IMG/VR virus record: IMGVR_UViG_2648501629_000001
Span: 101,474-136,570 of that record
DNA from: a virus
Reading direction: 5' to 3' (one strand)
Length of the DNA: 35,097 nucleotides
In this document: positions 26,523-34,991 of the stretch, in pieces
How positions within the stretch are numbered: position 1 is the first letter of the stretch
How the letters are laid out: each line of letters begins with the position of its first letter
Position numbers and translations under genes: made by a program
Notes under the pieces: generated by a model
What the model saw: only the letters and a program-made list of their open reading frames with translations
Told to the model about the DNA's origin: nothing
Databases searched by the model: none

Positions 26523-26582
26523 TGTGGATAAATTGTTTCTATTATATAGGAAGTAAGTGTTGAGTTATGCACATGTGGATAA
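26523..26582. promoter_or_regulatory. DnaA boxes
   Basis: TGTGGATAA (reverse complement of TTATCCACA) at 26523-26531 and 26574-26582; one-mismatch TTATGCACA at 26565-26573. Confidence 0.75.
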
Positions 26583-26825
26583 ATTCTTGTTGTAATTTGT
26601 AGGTGGGTTTGATAGAATGGAAGAAAACATAGTTCGGAAATGAAGCAACGCCCCAATTCCTCTTGAGTTTGGCGACTGAAAGGAATGGAGCGTTGGAATT
26701 AAGTACCACATGAAGTGGCGTTTTCTTATGTGTTTATGAGTTAATTCTATCATAAGCATTTTTGAAAATCAACAACTTTATGTGTATTTAATCCTGCCTT
26801 TTCGAACGAGGAAGGATTTTTTATT

Positions 26826-27842
26826 ATGACAAAAGAATACAAAGCAGATGAATTTATTTATTTCATTGAAGAGCCTACTGGGGAGTACGAGGAAACTGGT
26901 GCTAAAGGTGGTTCAACTAGGAAGAAACCTATTACAAAGAAGATTCTTATTGATTATGACAAGATAGACTCATTAGATTTAGAGAAGCGTGGAGAGCAAG
27001 TTCCATTCACACACAAACATGTTGTTAATACTCCTTTATATATGCTTTATTATTGGAGTCCTATAATTGGTGATAGAGCATGTTGGCTGTACCAACAGTT
27101 ACTCACATATTGTAGAGAAGACAGAGATTTCCTTTGGGATTGCTTAGATGAACTTGCATATCGAACGAAGATGTCACGACCAACATTAAATAAACACCTT
27201 GATTTACTAGAGGAAAACAACTTCATTATGAAGATACATAGACTGAATCAGAAAGATAATAATAGACAGACAACTCCTATCATAAAGGTTAGACAAACTA
27301 TCCCTCTTCTTTCAAAAGAGCAGTATATGAGTTTATCAGATAGTAGCAAAAAACAACATGATAAATTTATGGAAAAATATGGAAAGCATTCTAATATGGA
27401 TGAAACAACATATGACTCCAAAGAAACAGTGGATGAGCTGATAGAGGGTGGCGAAGTTAAGATTACTCAGAAGATGAAGAAGAAGATACAGAACCTCATG
27501 AAAGAGGAAAAGGCTGTAAACTATATCGCTACTAAACTAGAATTCTCAGATGGGTTAAAGGTAGATGAATTCCATGAAATACTAGGCAGTGGCAAATATA
27601 TTAGTAAACCTTCGTATGAGACACTAATGAAAGATTCATTCGTTTTCTATGATAGAGAGTTTGACTGTGTTGATATAGTAGTAAACTCCATTGCTAAACA
27701 GTTGTTTGAAGATATGAGAGATGCATATCAGCCAATGTTTGGAAGCGTTATTCGTGAAATATACGGAATCACCTATGGAGAGTATAAACTTAAATTCTAT
27801 TCATTTGAAGATTATATGTACAAGCTAGAGAGAGGCATTTAA
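26826..27842 (+). CDS. Replication initiator: N-terminal winged HTH and C-terminal DnaA domain-I-like region
   Basis: WSPIIG...LY..L...LDELA....MSR.TL...L..LEE..FI HTH; C-terminal ISKPSYETLMKDS resembles DnaA N-terminal LSKPSFETWMKST; iterons and DnaA boxes lie directly downstream. Confidence 0.75.
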   Translation: MTKEYKADEFIYFIEEPTGEYEETGAKGGSTRKKPITKKILIDYDKIDSLDLEKRGEQVPFTHKHVVNTPLYMLYYWSPIIGDRACWLYQQLLTYCREDRDFLWDCLDELAYRTKMSRPTLNKHLDLLEENNFIMKIHRLNQKDNNRQTTPIIKVRQTIPLLSKEQYMSLSDSSKKQHDKFMEKYGKHSNMDETTYDSKETVDELIEGGEVKITQKMKKKIQNLMKEEKAVNYIATKLEFSDGLKVDEFHEILGSGKYISKPSYETLMKDSFVFYDREFDCVDIVVNSIAKQLFEDMRDAYQPMFGSVIREIYGITYGEYKLKFYSFEDYMYKLERGI

Positions 27843-27857
27843 GTCTCTCTTTTTTTT
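27828..27857 (+). terminator. Rho-independent terminator of the rep gene
   Basis: AGAGAGGC-attta-AGTCTCTCT followed by a T-run. Confidence 0.65.
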
Positions 27858-28145
27858 GTGGATAAATCGCCTTAAAGTTTTTTTAAAGCTAGGGTTAAAA
27901 TTATTTTAAGGCAGGGTTAAAGTTTTTTTAAGGCTAGGCTTAAAGTTTTTTTAAGGCTGTAAAATCGTCACTTATCCACCGTTTCTGTGGATAAGTAGCC
28001 TTAAAATAATTTTAAAGCTGAAAAACGCAAAAAATCTAGCCTTAAAATTATTTTAACCACCCCCTTAAAATAATTTTAAAACCTAAGTCTTTTATATCTT
28101 TTAAGTCTTTTATATTCTTTTCTTTATAATTAATATATAATTACA
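27857..28145. other. Putative replication origin (iterons, DnaA boxes, AT-rich unwinding region)
   Basis: Seven TTAAA-N5-TTTAA repeats at 27872, 27895, 27917, 27940, 28001, 28042 and 28065; DnaA boxes at 27857-27865, 27972-27980 (one mismatch) and 27986-27994; AT-rich tract 28084-28145 with TAAGTCTTTTATAT twice. Confidence 0.82.
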
Positions 28146-28399
28146 GTTATCGTATCGATAATCTTATGAACGGATTTAAAATAGCATCCCAAAATCTGAA
28201 TAGCTACCACATCAAAAATGCCTCTCTCGTCTCCATATAGCCTCACTGAGACGACCTAGAATAAGATGTGAACCATAAGTACCCCTAAAACTAGAGCCAC
28301 TAGAGAAAGCGACAGATGCCTCAAACTTCGTTTGTATATAAACAGCGCCATCTCCTTCTATAATATGTCCATATTGCACTGGAATATTCTTATTAATTC

Positions 28400-28442
28400 A
28401 TTAAACAAAAGTATTGAAATGTAATTAGTTTTATGATAAAGT
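28400..28442 (+). promoter_or_regulatory. SigmaA-type promoter for the helicase, overlapping the 20-bp motif
   Basis: ATTAAACAAAAGTA-TTGAAA-17nt-TAAAGT with TG extension. Confidence 0.65.
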
Positions 28443-28474
28443 CTTAATCACAGGATAATTAGGAGGAGATATTC

Positions 28475-30427
28475 ATGAAATTAACTGACGAACAGAAAGA
28501 TTGCGTACTAAGCGTAGAAGGCAATGTCGTAGCCATTGCATCAGCAGGTTCGGGAAAGACAGCAAGCTTCACGACAAGAATCGCATACATGATTCAAGAA
28601 AAGAACATTAATCCATTCAACATTCTTGCAATCACCTTTACAAAGAAAGCTAGTGAAGAGATGAAGAAGCGTTTAAGAAAGATGGTTGGCAAGGATAAGA
28701 CTGATAAAGTTGCAATGGGAACTTTCCATAGTATCGCTTATCGATTACTTAAGGCACTGGACAGTGACTTTGCCAAATTGAAGATAGCACCCGACTGGTG
28801 GCGCTTTGGATTATTAAATGATATGTGTAAGATGCATGACTCTAAGAATCCAAATGGTTTGAACCTTGGAATCAAGGCAGGAGAATTAGCGTCATTCATC
28901 AGTTATCAGAAATCCAATATGATTCATCCAACAGAGGATGTTTTGATTGACGATAATGTGGATTATGTTGACTGCGTGTCAAGACAACTTCTACAAGAGG
29001 CATATGTTAAGTATGAGGCTTTGAAAACTCAGAGCAGACAAATCGACTTTGACGATATGCTCCTTTACATGTACGAGAAGCTTAAAATAGATACTGCATT
29101 TAGAGAGAAGCTTCAAAAGCAATATACTTACATTATGGTTGACGAGTTCCAAGACAGTGCAAAGATTGTTATTGAAATCATTAAGATGATTAACAAGGAG
29201 AATGTATTCGTTGTTGGAGACTTTCGTCAATCCATCTATAAATTTATAAATGCAAATGTTGAGAACATCCTCAACTTTAAAGATGAATTCAACGCAAAGC
29301 TTATTGAGTTGAACAAGAACTTCCGAAGCACTCAAAACATTGTTAATTTATCTAACCAAGTAATCGCCAACTCCCCTATCGAGAAATACAAGGACTATAA
29401 GCCATCTGAATCTGTGGCTGAGGTTGGAGATAAGGTTCAATTCACATTGTACAACGATGAGAATCAGCAGATTACAAATATTGCCAACAAGGTGCAACAA
29501 TTACATGAAGAAGGTACTCCTCTTTCAGAGATTGCTATCCTCGTTCGAACAAATGCTCAAACAGCTATCATCGAAGATATCTTTGCTGAGAAGGATATTC
29601 CATATGACGTTTCAAAATCAATGTCATTCTTTGACAGAAAAGAGATTCTAGATATTTTAAGCTATGCTCGTGTTGCTGTTGACTCAGAAGATGATGCAAG
29701 CTTCCGAAGAATCTACAATACTCCAAATAGATACTTGAGCAAAGATTCATTACACACACTTGATGAGTTCGCATCAGATAGAGAGATGACACTCATAGAA
29801 GCTGTGAGAGTGACTCCTCAAAACGCTGACTGGAAATTTAAACGAAACATCGAGCCTCTTATTAAAGTTATTGATGAGCTGAAATATCAAGTTGAGTCAA
29901 ATGTTAATGCAGGAAGATTGCTTCGCAATGTTGTGAAATCAACAAGATACATGCAATACTTAAATGAGACAACTACGAGTGTATCTCAAATCGATGAGAA
30001 GACAGAAGCTATTGAGAAGCTTTGTGAGATGGGCGCTAAGTTTCCTACTATCAAAGCTTTCTTAGCGCACATTGGCACAATCAAGGATAAGCAAGCTAAG
30101 TCCAAAGGCAAAGATGCTGTACAGGTTGTTACAATTCACTCTTCTAAAGGACTGGAATGGGATTGTGTATTTGTTCCAAACTGTAACGAGGATTTAATGC
30201 CACATCATATGAATAACGATATCGAGGAGGAACGAAGATTGTTCTATGTAGCATGTTCTCGCCCACGTAAGAAATTATTTGTATCTTGGTACTTCTACGA
30301 TTCAGATTTTGTGATTCAAAAAGAAGGTCTGTTTATCGAAGAACTACTTGGAAAAGAACAGACAGATGAAATGAAGAAAGAGTTATTCAGAGGCGCAAGA
30401 GAATCTGTTTTCTTATACCCTCATTAA
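28475..30427 (+). CDS. UvrD/PcrA-family SF1A DNA helicase
   Basis: Motifs ASAGSGKT, AITFT, TFHS, VDEFQD, VGDFRQSIY, NFRS, TIHSSKGLE, EERRLFYVACSR. Confidence 0.95.
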   Translation: MKLTDEQKDCVLSVEGNVVAIASAGSGKTASFTTRIAYMIQEKNINPFNILAITFTKKASEEMKKRLRKMVGKDKTDKVAMGTFHSIAYRLLKALDSDFAKLKIAPDWWRFGLLNDMCKMHDSKNPNGLNLGIKAGELASFISYQKSNMIHPTEDVLIDDNVDYVDCVSRQLLQEAYVKYEALKTQSRQIDFDDMLLYMYEKLKIDTAFREKLQKQYTYIMVDEFQDSAKIVIEIIKMINKENVFVVGDFRQSIYKFINANVENILNFKDEFNAKLIELNKNFRSTQNIVNLSNQVIANSPIEKYKDYKPSESVAEVGDKVQFTLYNDENQQITNIANKVQQLHEEGTPLSEIAILVRTNAQTAIIEDIFAEKDIPYDVSKSMSFFDRKEILDILSYARVAVDSEDDASFRRIYNTPNRYLSKDSLHTLDEFASDREMTLIEAVRVTPQNADWKFKRNIEPLIKVIDELKYQVESNVNAGRLLRNVVKSTRYMQYLNETTTSVSQIDEKTEAIEKLCEMGAKFPTIKAFLAHIGTIKDKQAKSKGKDAVQVVTIHSSKGLEWDCVFVPNCNEDLMPHHMNNDIEEERRLFYVACSRPRKKLFVSWYFYDSDFVIQKEGLFIEELLGKEQTDEMKKELFRGARESVFLYPH

Positions 30428-30499
30428 ACAAAAGTATTGACTTGTCACTAAGACTGTGTTATGTTGAACTTAACACAGTCTTAAACAAATTTATTGAAA
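30423..30499 (+). promoter_or_regulatory. Motif-hairpin-motif regulatory element with promoter
   Basis: Motif at 30423-30442 (TTGACT-17-TATGTT), 13-bp inverted repeat at 30449-30483, second motif at 30480-30499, then AAGGAG. Confidence 0.65.
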
Positions 30500-30525
30500 T
30501 AAAGGAGTTGTAAATCTTTAAAATT

Positions 30526-31782
30526 ATGCGTTCTTATATAAACAAAAAAGGCGAAGTAGTTGTCGTTAGCGAAGAGCATTTAAACACTGCTGTCGAGTTA
30601 AAGCTATTACTTCAAAAAGATAGTAAAAATAACAGATGCTCATGGGCTAAACACCGTCAGATGATGATTAAGGAAGGATTCGATGATAGTGAAAATAGTG
30701 AAGCTTATCGTCAGATGATTAAGTATTATCAAAAGACAGTTGGCAAGCTCCCTACTGCCGAGACATATGCTGACAAAGTGGTTACTAGTAAACTAGAGTC
30801 CTATAAGGAATTGGTTGGTGAACTGCAATGGGAACAACGTGTAAATCAAAAGTACCTTCGTGAGATAAATAAAGGCAAGCGTGAAATCATCGATGGTTAT
30901 CTATTTATAGAAGAAGTTAAATTAGAAGTTCAGAATGCGCTTAGCGATATTGACTGGAAGACAGTCTCAAAGTATAACTTCTCCCCTATTATGAATCATA
31001 GCGATACTAGAATGATACTATGTCTTACAGATTGGCATATAGGTGCTTTAGTAGATGTCGAAGGTAATAAGTATAATTACGATATCGCAAAGCAAAGAAT
31101 TGACGACACTATCAAGCAAGCAATTCAGATTGCCAATGAGAGAAAGGTTTATAGAATTGATGTTGTTTATATGGGTGACATTCTTGAGCATGCCTATATG
31201 AGAAATGCACAGGCATATCATGCTGAGTTCCCAGTTACACGTCAAATGGCTCTTGGAGGTCGATTGATGATTGAGGTTCTATATAAGCTATCTAGACGAT
31301 TCTTCGTATCTTATCGTGGATTTGCAGGAAACCATGATAGATTCAATAAGGATAAAGATGGCAATATAGATGGAGATACTGGAATGGTAGTAGTCAATGA
31401 TATGGTCAAGCTATATATCGAAAACGCTCATATCGATAATCTTGTATACGCTGAATGTGGAAACTATGAAGCGAAGATAATCAATTGCAATGGTCGTAAC
31501 TTTAAGTTTGTTCATGGCGACCTAGAAAAGAAAGATGACTGGAAGAAACTTGCTAAGCATAGCTTTAATGATAAGATTCAATATGATGCTGTCGTTTATG
31601 GTCATTTCCATCATTTCATGGTTCTTGAAGTTGGAGTTGATAGAATGGAAATTCGAGTTGGCTCAACAAAAGGTTCTGACGATTACTCTGAAAAATTAGG
31701 AGTTGGCTCTGCCCCTTCTCAAGCTATTATATTAGTTGATAGAGATGGGAAAATTGACCCACGAAGATTACGCTTAAAATAA
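30526..31782 (+). CDS. Calcineurin-like metallophosphoesterase with an N-terminal helical extension
   Basis: Motifs LTDWHIG, GDILE, GNHDR, HGD, GHFH. Confidence 0.88.
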   Translation: MRSYINKKGEVVVVSEEHLNTAVELKLLLQKDSKNNRCSWAKHRQMMIKEGFDDSENSEAYRQMIKYYQKTVGKLPTAETYADKVVTSKLESYKELVGELQWEQRVNQKYLREINKGKREIIDGYLFIEEVKLEVQNALSDIDWKTVSKYNFSPIMNHSDTRMILCLTDWHIGALVDVEGNKYNYDIAKQRIDDTIKQAIQIANERKVYRIDVVYMGDILEHAYMRNAQAYHAEFPVTRQMALGGRLMIEVLYKLSRRFFVSYRGFAGNHDRFNKDKDGNIDGDTGMVVVNDMVKLYIENAHIDNLVYAECGNYEAKIINCNGRNFKFVHGDLEKKDDWKKLAKHSFNDKIQYDAVVYGHFHHFMVLEVGVDRMEIRVGSTKGSDDYSEKLGVGSAPSQAIILVDRDGKIDPRRLRLK

Positions 31783-31834
31783 AACAAAAGTATTGAAATG
31801 ATATATATAATAACTATCGTTTTACAGATAATGT

Positions 31835-31870
31835 AAAAGAGTGAGGGATTACTCCCCCACTCTTTTTTTT
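31835..31870. terminator. Bidirectional terminator between convergent genes
   Basis: AAAAGAGTG-agggattactccc-c-CACTCTTTTTTTT. Confidence 0.75.
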
Positions 31871-32504
31871 ATGAAAACATCTTTTTCCACCATGGTAATT
31901 TTTGTCTTGCTCGAAACTCTTGTATGTATTCATCTGTCTGCTTCATTCGAGCTTCAAGTTGCTTCTCAAATTTCTCGTCACGCTCCTTGAGCTGTTGTTC
32001 CAGTCTGTTATGATTTTCTACCATTTGTCTGCCGACCTCTAACATCTCTTTATTGACCTCTTGTCTCACTTCATGTTTGAGGTCGTCTTTTAGGTTCTTT
32101 GTAGCCTCATCTATAACAATGCTTATGAATTGTTTTACACGTTCGCTCTGCATAAGCCTTTGAATATCTTCTTGATTTAATAGGTCAGCAGTTTTATTAC
32201 TAGGCTGAGATGGCTGTGGAGCATCTTCTCTAGTTCGTAGCTCAAACCTATCGCTCATTTCACGTATCATATAGGCTAAGTCTTTTGTTGTAGTTCGTCT
32301 TCCATGTTCTTGCTTTAGGTCACGAAGGAATTCAAATATTTCTAAATCAGTATCATAATAGATTCGCTCGTTTCTATTATTCCTCTTCACGAAATGAACT
32401 TCAAGACTTTCTAGTTGGTCAGTCCAATGCCTTAGAGTTGGTGATGGAACTCCTATTCTATCAGATGCGTCTCCAAGCGTTATGAAATCTACTTCTAAAG
32501 CCAT
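31869..32504 (-). CDS. MerR-type HTH, coiled-coil protein with a C-terminal amphipathic tail (TubY/RacA/DUF3967-like)
   Basis: ITLGDASDRIGVPSPTLRHW...R.Y...DLE MerR HTH, long coiled coil, ends KLPWWKKMFS; start MALEV (track starts at 32525). Confidence 0.75.
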   Translation of the reverse strand: MALEVDFITLGDASDRIGVPSPTLRHWTDQLESLEVHFVKRNNRNERIYYDTDLEIFEFLRDLKQEHGRRTTTKDLAYMIREMSDRFELRTREDAPQPSQPSNKTADLLNQEDIQRLMQSERVKQFISIVIDEATKNLKDDLKHEVRQEVNKEMLEVGRQMVENHNRLEQQLKERDEKFEKQLEARMKQTDEYIQEFRARQKLPWWKKMFS

Positions 32505-32549
32505 TCCCCTACCCCTCCTTATCAACTTTTACTTCTATTAAATCATATT

Positions 32550-32621
32550 TTGACCTACATTGACAATTGCCCTACATTATATATTCTACTTGATAGCCTA
32601 TAACACCTCTTGACCTACATT
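32550..32621. repeat. Three 12-bp direct repeats TTG(A/C)CCTACATT
   Basis: Copies at 32550-32561, 32567-32578 and 32610-32621, upstream of the MerR-like gene. Confidence 0.7.
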
Positions 32622-32781
32622 ATAATATGAAGTTGGAGGCTAAACATAACATAAATAATACCTATAATAGCTATTGATATACATGAGAGTTTGAAAATGG
32701 ACTCATATCATATCGTTTTTATAGGACGTATTTACTGTTGATATACATTAGACCTCAAAAATGGAGATATGAAATCGGAAC

Positions 32782-32884
32782 TTTGTCTAAGCCTTGGGCA
32801 TTAGGGTGTTCTTTTAATTTAGCAAAATACGATTATATTAAATTATTTTTACGTTTTGTCCAAGGCTTGGACATTAGGGTGTTC
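32782..32884. repeat. parC-like centromere/operator: two 30-bp direct repeats with an internal palindrome
   Basis: TTTGTCTAAGCCTTGGGCATTAGGGTGTTC (32782-32811) and TTTGTCCAAGGCTTGGACATTAGGGTGTTC (32855-32884), just upstream of TTGCAA-17-TTTAAT. Confidence 0.75.
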
Positions 32885-32948
32885 AAAACGTATTGCAATT
32901 CTATTTAATCTATGATTTAATATAGTCAACAGGTAAATAAAGGAGGAA

Positions 32949-34085
32949 TTGACAATGGCGAAGAAGAAAGTCGTTACATATGATAGAATCGTTGGAGTTG
33001 ATTTAGGGAACGGATTCGTAAAAATAAGAAGTATCTATAGAAATGGGGAAGAGTACAAGCTAACTCTACCAAGTGGATATGCTTATTTAAGAGATGTTGG
33101 TGACAGTAAGAATGATGAGGTTCTAGAGCTAGATACATATAAGGTTGATGGGAATAGCTATGTTTGGGGTAAGGATATTACTAGACTTAAAGATAAAGTA
33201 AAGCCAGTATTTGGATATGAGGGTAGATACAAAACTGAATCATATAAGCTTATGGCTAAAATTGTAATGGCTAGAATCGTTCGTGACTTAGAGATAGATG
33301 CGAAAGAGAAGATATTATTAGTGACTGGAGTTCCTTCTATTGAAACTGATACAGAATGCGAGACAGATATTTCTAATGCATTCTATGGTGAAAATAGTGG
33401 ATTCCATGATGTGGAAGTTAATGGAGAAGAGTATACATTTAGAATTGCTCACATCCATGTGACAGCACAGGCTTTATCAACTGTTATTGGAAGATACTTA
33501 AATGTTGATGGAACAGTATTTGATGAGGATTATGAAAGTATGAAAGTTGCCGTTGTTGACATCGGCGCAGGCACAACAGACCTAGATGTCGTACATGAAC
33601 TTCGTAGACAAAAGGGATATCATAGCCTTAGTGAAGGATTTAAGGATATATATGAGGCTATCAATAGTGAGATTAAGAGACATTATCCATCTCATACAGC
33701 TACAGATTATGACCTTTTAACTATTATTGAAAAGGTTCAAAAGGAAATGAAGAAGGTAGTAAATGAGCCAAATGGTAAGAAGACTAAGAAGGAAGATATT
33801 CGATATGAGTACAAGCCTTCTAAGAAAAATGAACCAGTAGATTTCACAGATGTGTTTAATAATAGCGTGAGAGAGTTGGCAACTAATATTCAGCAAGCAA
33901 TTGTTCAGAAATGGAAAGACCAAACTGATTTAGATGAAATTCTATTAGTTGGTGGAAGTGCTGAAATATTTGAAGACTATCTAGGTGAGATTGTATATGG
34001 AATCACGATTCCAAAGAACAATGGAGATAGTAACGTAGAAGGGTATTACAGAATGGGTGTAGCCATTGCGGAGAGTGATGAGTAA
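32949..34085 (+). CDS. parM: ParM/StbA-family actin-like partition ATPase
   Basis: Actin-fold motifs VGVDLGNGFVK, LVTGVP, VVDIGAGTTD, LLVGGSA, SNVEGY. Confidence 0.9.
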   Translation: MTMAKKKVVTYDRIVGVDLGNGFVKIRSIYRNGEEYKLTLPSGYAYLRDVGDSKNDEVLELDTYKVDGNSYVWGKDITRLKDKVKPVFGYEGRYKTESYKLMAKIVMARIVRDLEIDAKEKILLVTGVPSIETDTECETDISNAFYGENSGFHDVEVNGEEYTFRIAHIHVTAQALSTVIGRYLNVDGTVFDEDYESMKVAVVDIGAGTTDLDVVHELRRQKGYHSLSEGFKDIYEAINSEIKRHYPSHTATDYDLLTIIEKVQKEMKKVVNEPNGKKTKKEDIRYEYKPSKKNEPVDFTDVFNNSVRELATNIQQAIVQKWKDQTDLDEILLVGGSAEIFEDYLGEIVYGITIPKNNGDSNVEGYYRMGVAIAESDE

Positions 34086-34411
34086 TGTCAAATAAAGATT
34101 TAGAAAATAATGATGACCCTTATATTTACAGACTTCCTTTAGATAGAAAGGTCGATAAGGATTTATTGGATTGGCTTGATACTATGACTAGAAACAAGAA
34201 GGCTGAAATTGTTAGGCATGCATTGAGATTCTATAAGAGTCATTTAGGAGAAGGGGAGTATTTCTATTACGCTCCTCCTGCTCCAAATTCACATCCAGTC
34301 CATATGGATAGTATGAGGGAAGTTGCCTCAAGTGTCCAAGAACCAGTAGAAGAAAAGAAACCAAAGAGACCAAAGGTAGGAATCTTTAATATATCCAAGA
34401 CAGAGGGATGA
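34085..34411 (+). CDS. ParR-like ribbon-helix-helix adaptor
   Basis: TAATG coupling to parM; YRLPLD...D.DLLDWLD.....KKAEIVRHALR RHH-like segment and a disordered C-terminal tail. Confidence 0.7.
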   Translation: MSNKDLENNDDPYIYRLPLDRKVDKDLLDWLDTMTRNKKAEIVRHALRFYKSHLGEGEYFYYAPPAPNSHPVHMDSMREVASSVQEPVEEKKPKRPKVGIFNISKTEG

Positions 34412-34416
34412 TATAA

Positions 34417-34638
34417 TTGAGACCACAGATACATGTATTCTATGAGTTAGAATTGATAGGTGTCGAAGGCACTTTCGTGGAGAAGTTCTCTCATATATTC
34501 GATAGAGAGATTTATAATAGCGATGTCGAAGGCACTGATGTAATGATGATAAACTTCAAGATGCAAGAATTAAAGGAAAAGTACAATGATGCATTATTGC
34601 TAGAGTTCTCAGTTGAGAGAGGGGAAGTTAATCACTAA
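34417..34638 (+). CDS. Small hypothetical protein
   Basis: 73 aa, TAATG-coupled to the next gene. Confidence 0.6.
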   Translation: MRPQIHVFYELELIGVEGTFVEKFSHIFDREIYNSDVEGTDVMMINFKMQELKEKYNDALLLEFSVERGEVNH

Positions 34639-34913
34639 TGATAAAGGATACTAAGAACGCTAAGATGCTTGCTCAAAAGGCATGCGACAGACTTAACAAT
34701 AAGAATGACCTTATATTTTTAGTGAATACTGCTGACACTTTGAGTGACGCTAGTATCGAGGCTCTAGAAAGGTACGATGGATTCGAACCTTTTAAGATTG
34801 TTGACTGTGGTAGAGATATGGATGAAAGAGATACTCTGTATTTGTGGCATGTCGAAGATGACGTGGTAGTTGTAATAGAGAAGAACAAAGGGATATGGGA
34901 AGTCTTGGGTTGA
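34638..34913 (+). CDS. Hypothetical protein
   Basis: 91 aa with GAGGGG RBS, followed by a terminator. Confidence 0.65.
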   Translation: MIKDTKNAKMLAQKACDRLNNKNDLIFLVNTADTLSDASIEALERYDGFEPFKIVDCGRDMDERDTLYLWHVEDDVVVVIEKNKGIWEVLG

Positions 34914-34943
34914 GTCGATGTTTGAGCATCGGCTCTTTTGTTT
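34912..34943 (+). terminator. Rho-independent terminator
   Basis: GAGTCGATG-tttgag-CATCGGCTC-TTTTGTTT. Confidence 0.7.
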
Positions 34944-34991
34944 ATAATAGAGGGAAAATATAGGGTGAATAGGAGTTGATTTATCTTGAAA

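Larger units (their letters stand above)
875..31798. repeat. Dispersed asymmetric 20-bp intergenic motif ATTAA(A/G)CAAAA(G/T)TATTGA(A/C)A, about 16 copies
   Basis: Minus orientation starting at 875, 947, 1781, 8375, 9335, 12849, 12937, 14008, 23513, 24719, 26413 and 26494; plus orientation at 28400, 30423, 30480 and 31779. Confidence 0.92.

Noticed and set aside
27872-28079. Possible CRISPR or simple tandem repeat
   Set aside because: The 22-23 bp period leaves only 7-8 nt spacers and DnaA boxes are interspersed, which is typical of an iteron origin.
24378-34888. Short nested or antisense ORFs in the right half (for example 24378-24584, 26565-26759, 28991-29335, 31048-31245, 33717-33923, 34673-34888)
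   Set aside because: They overlap stronger genes or the rep leader and show no independent coding evidence.
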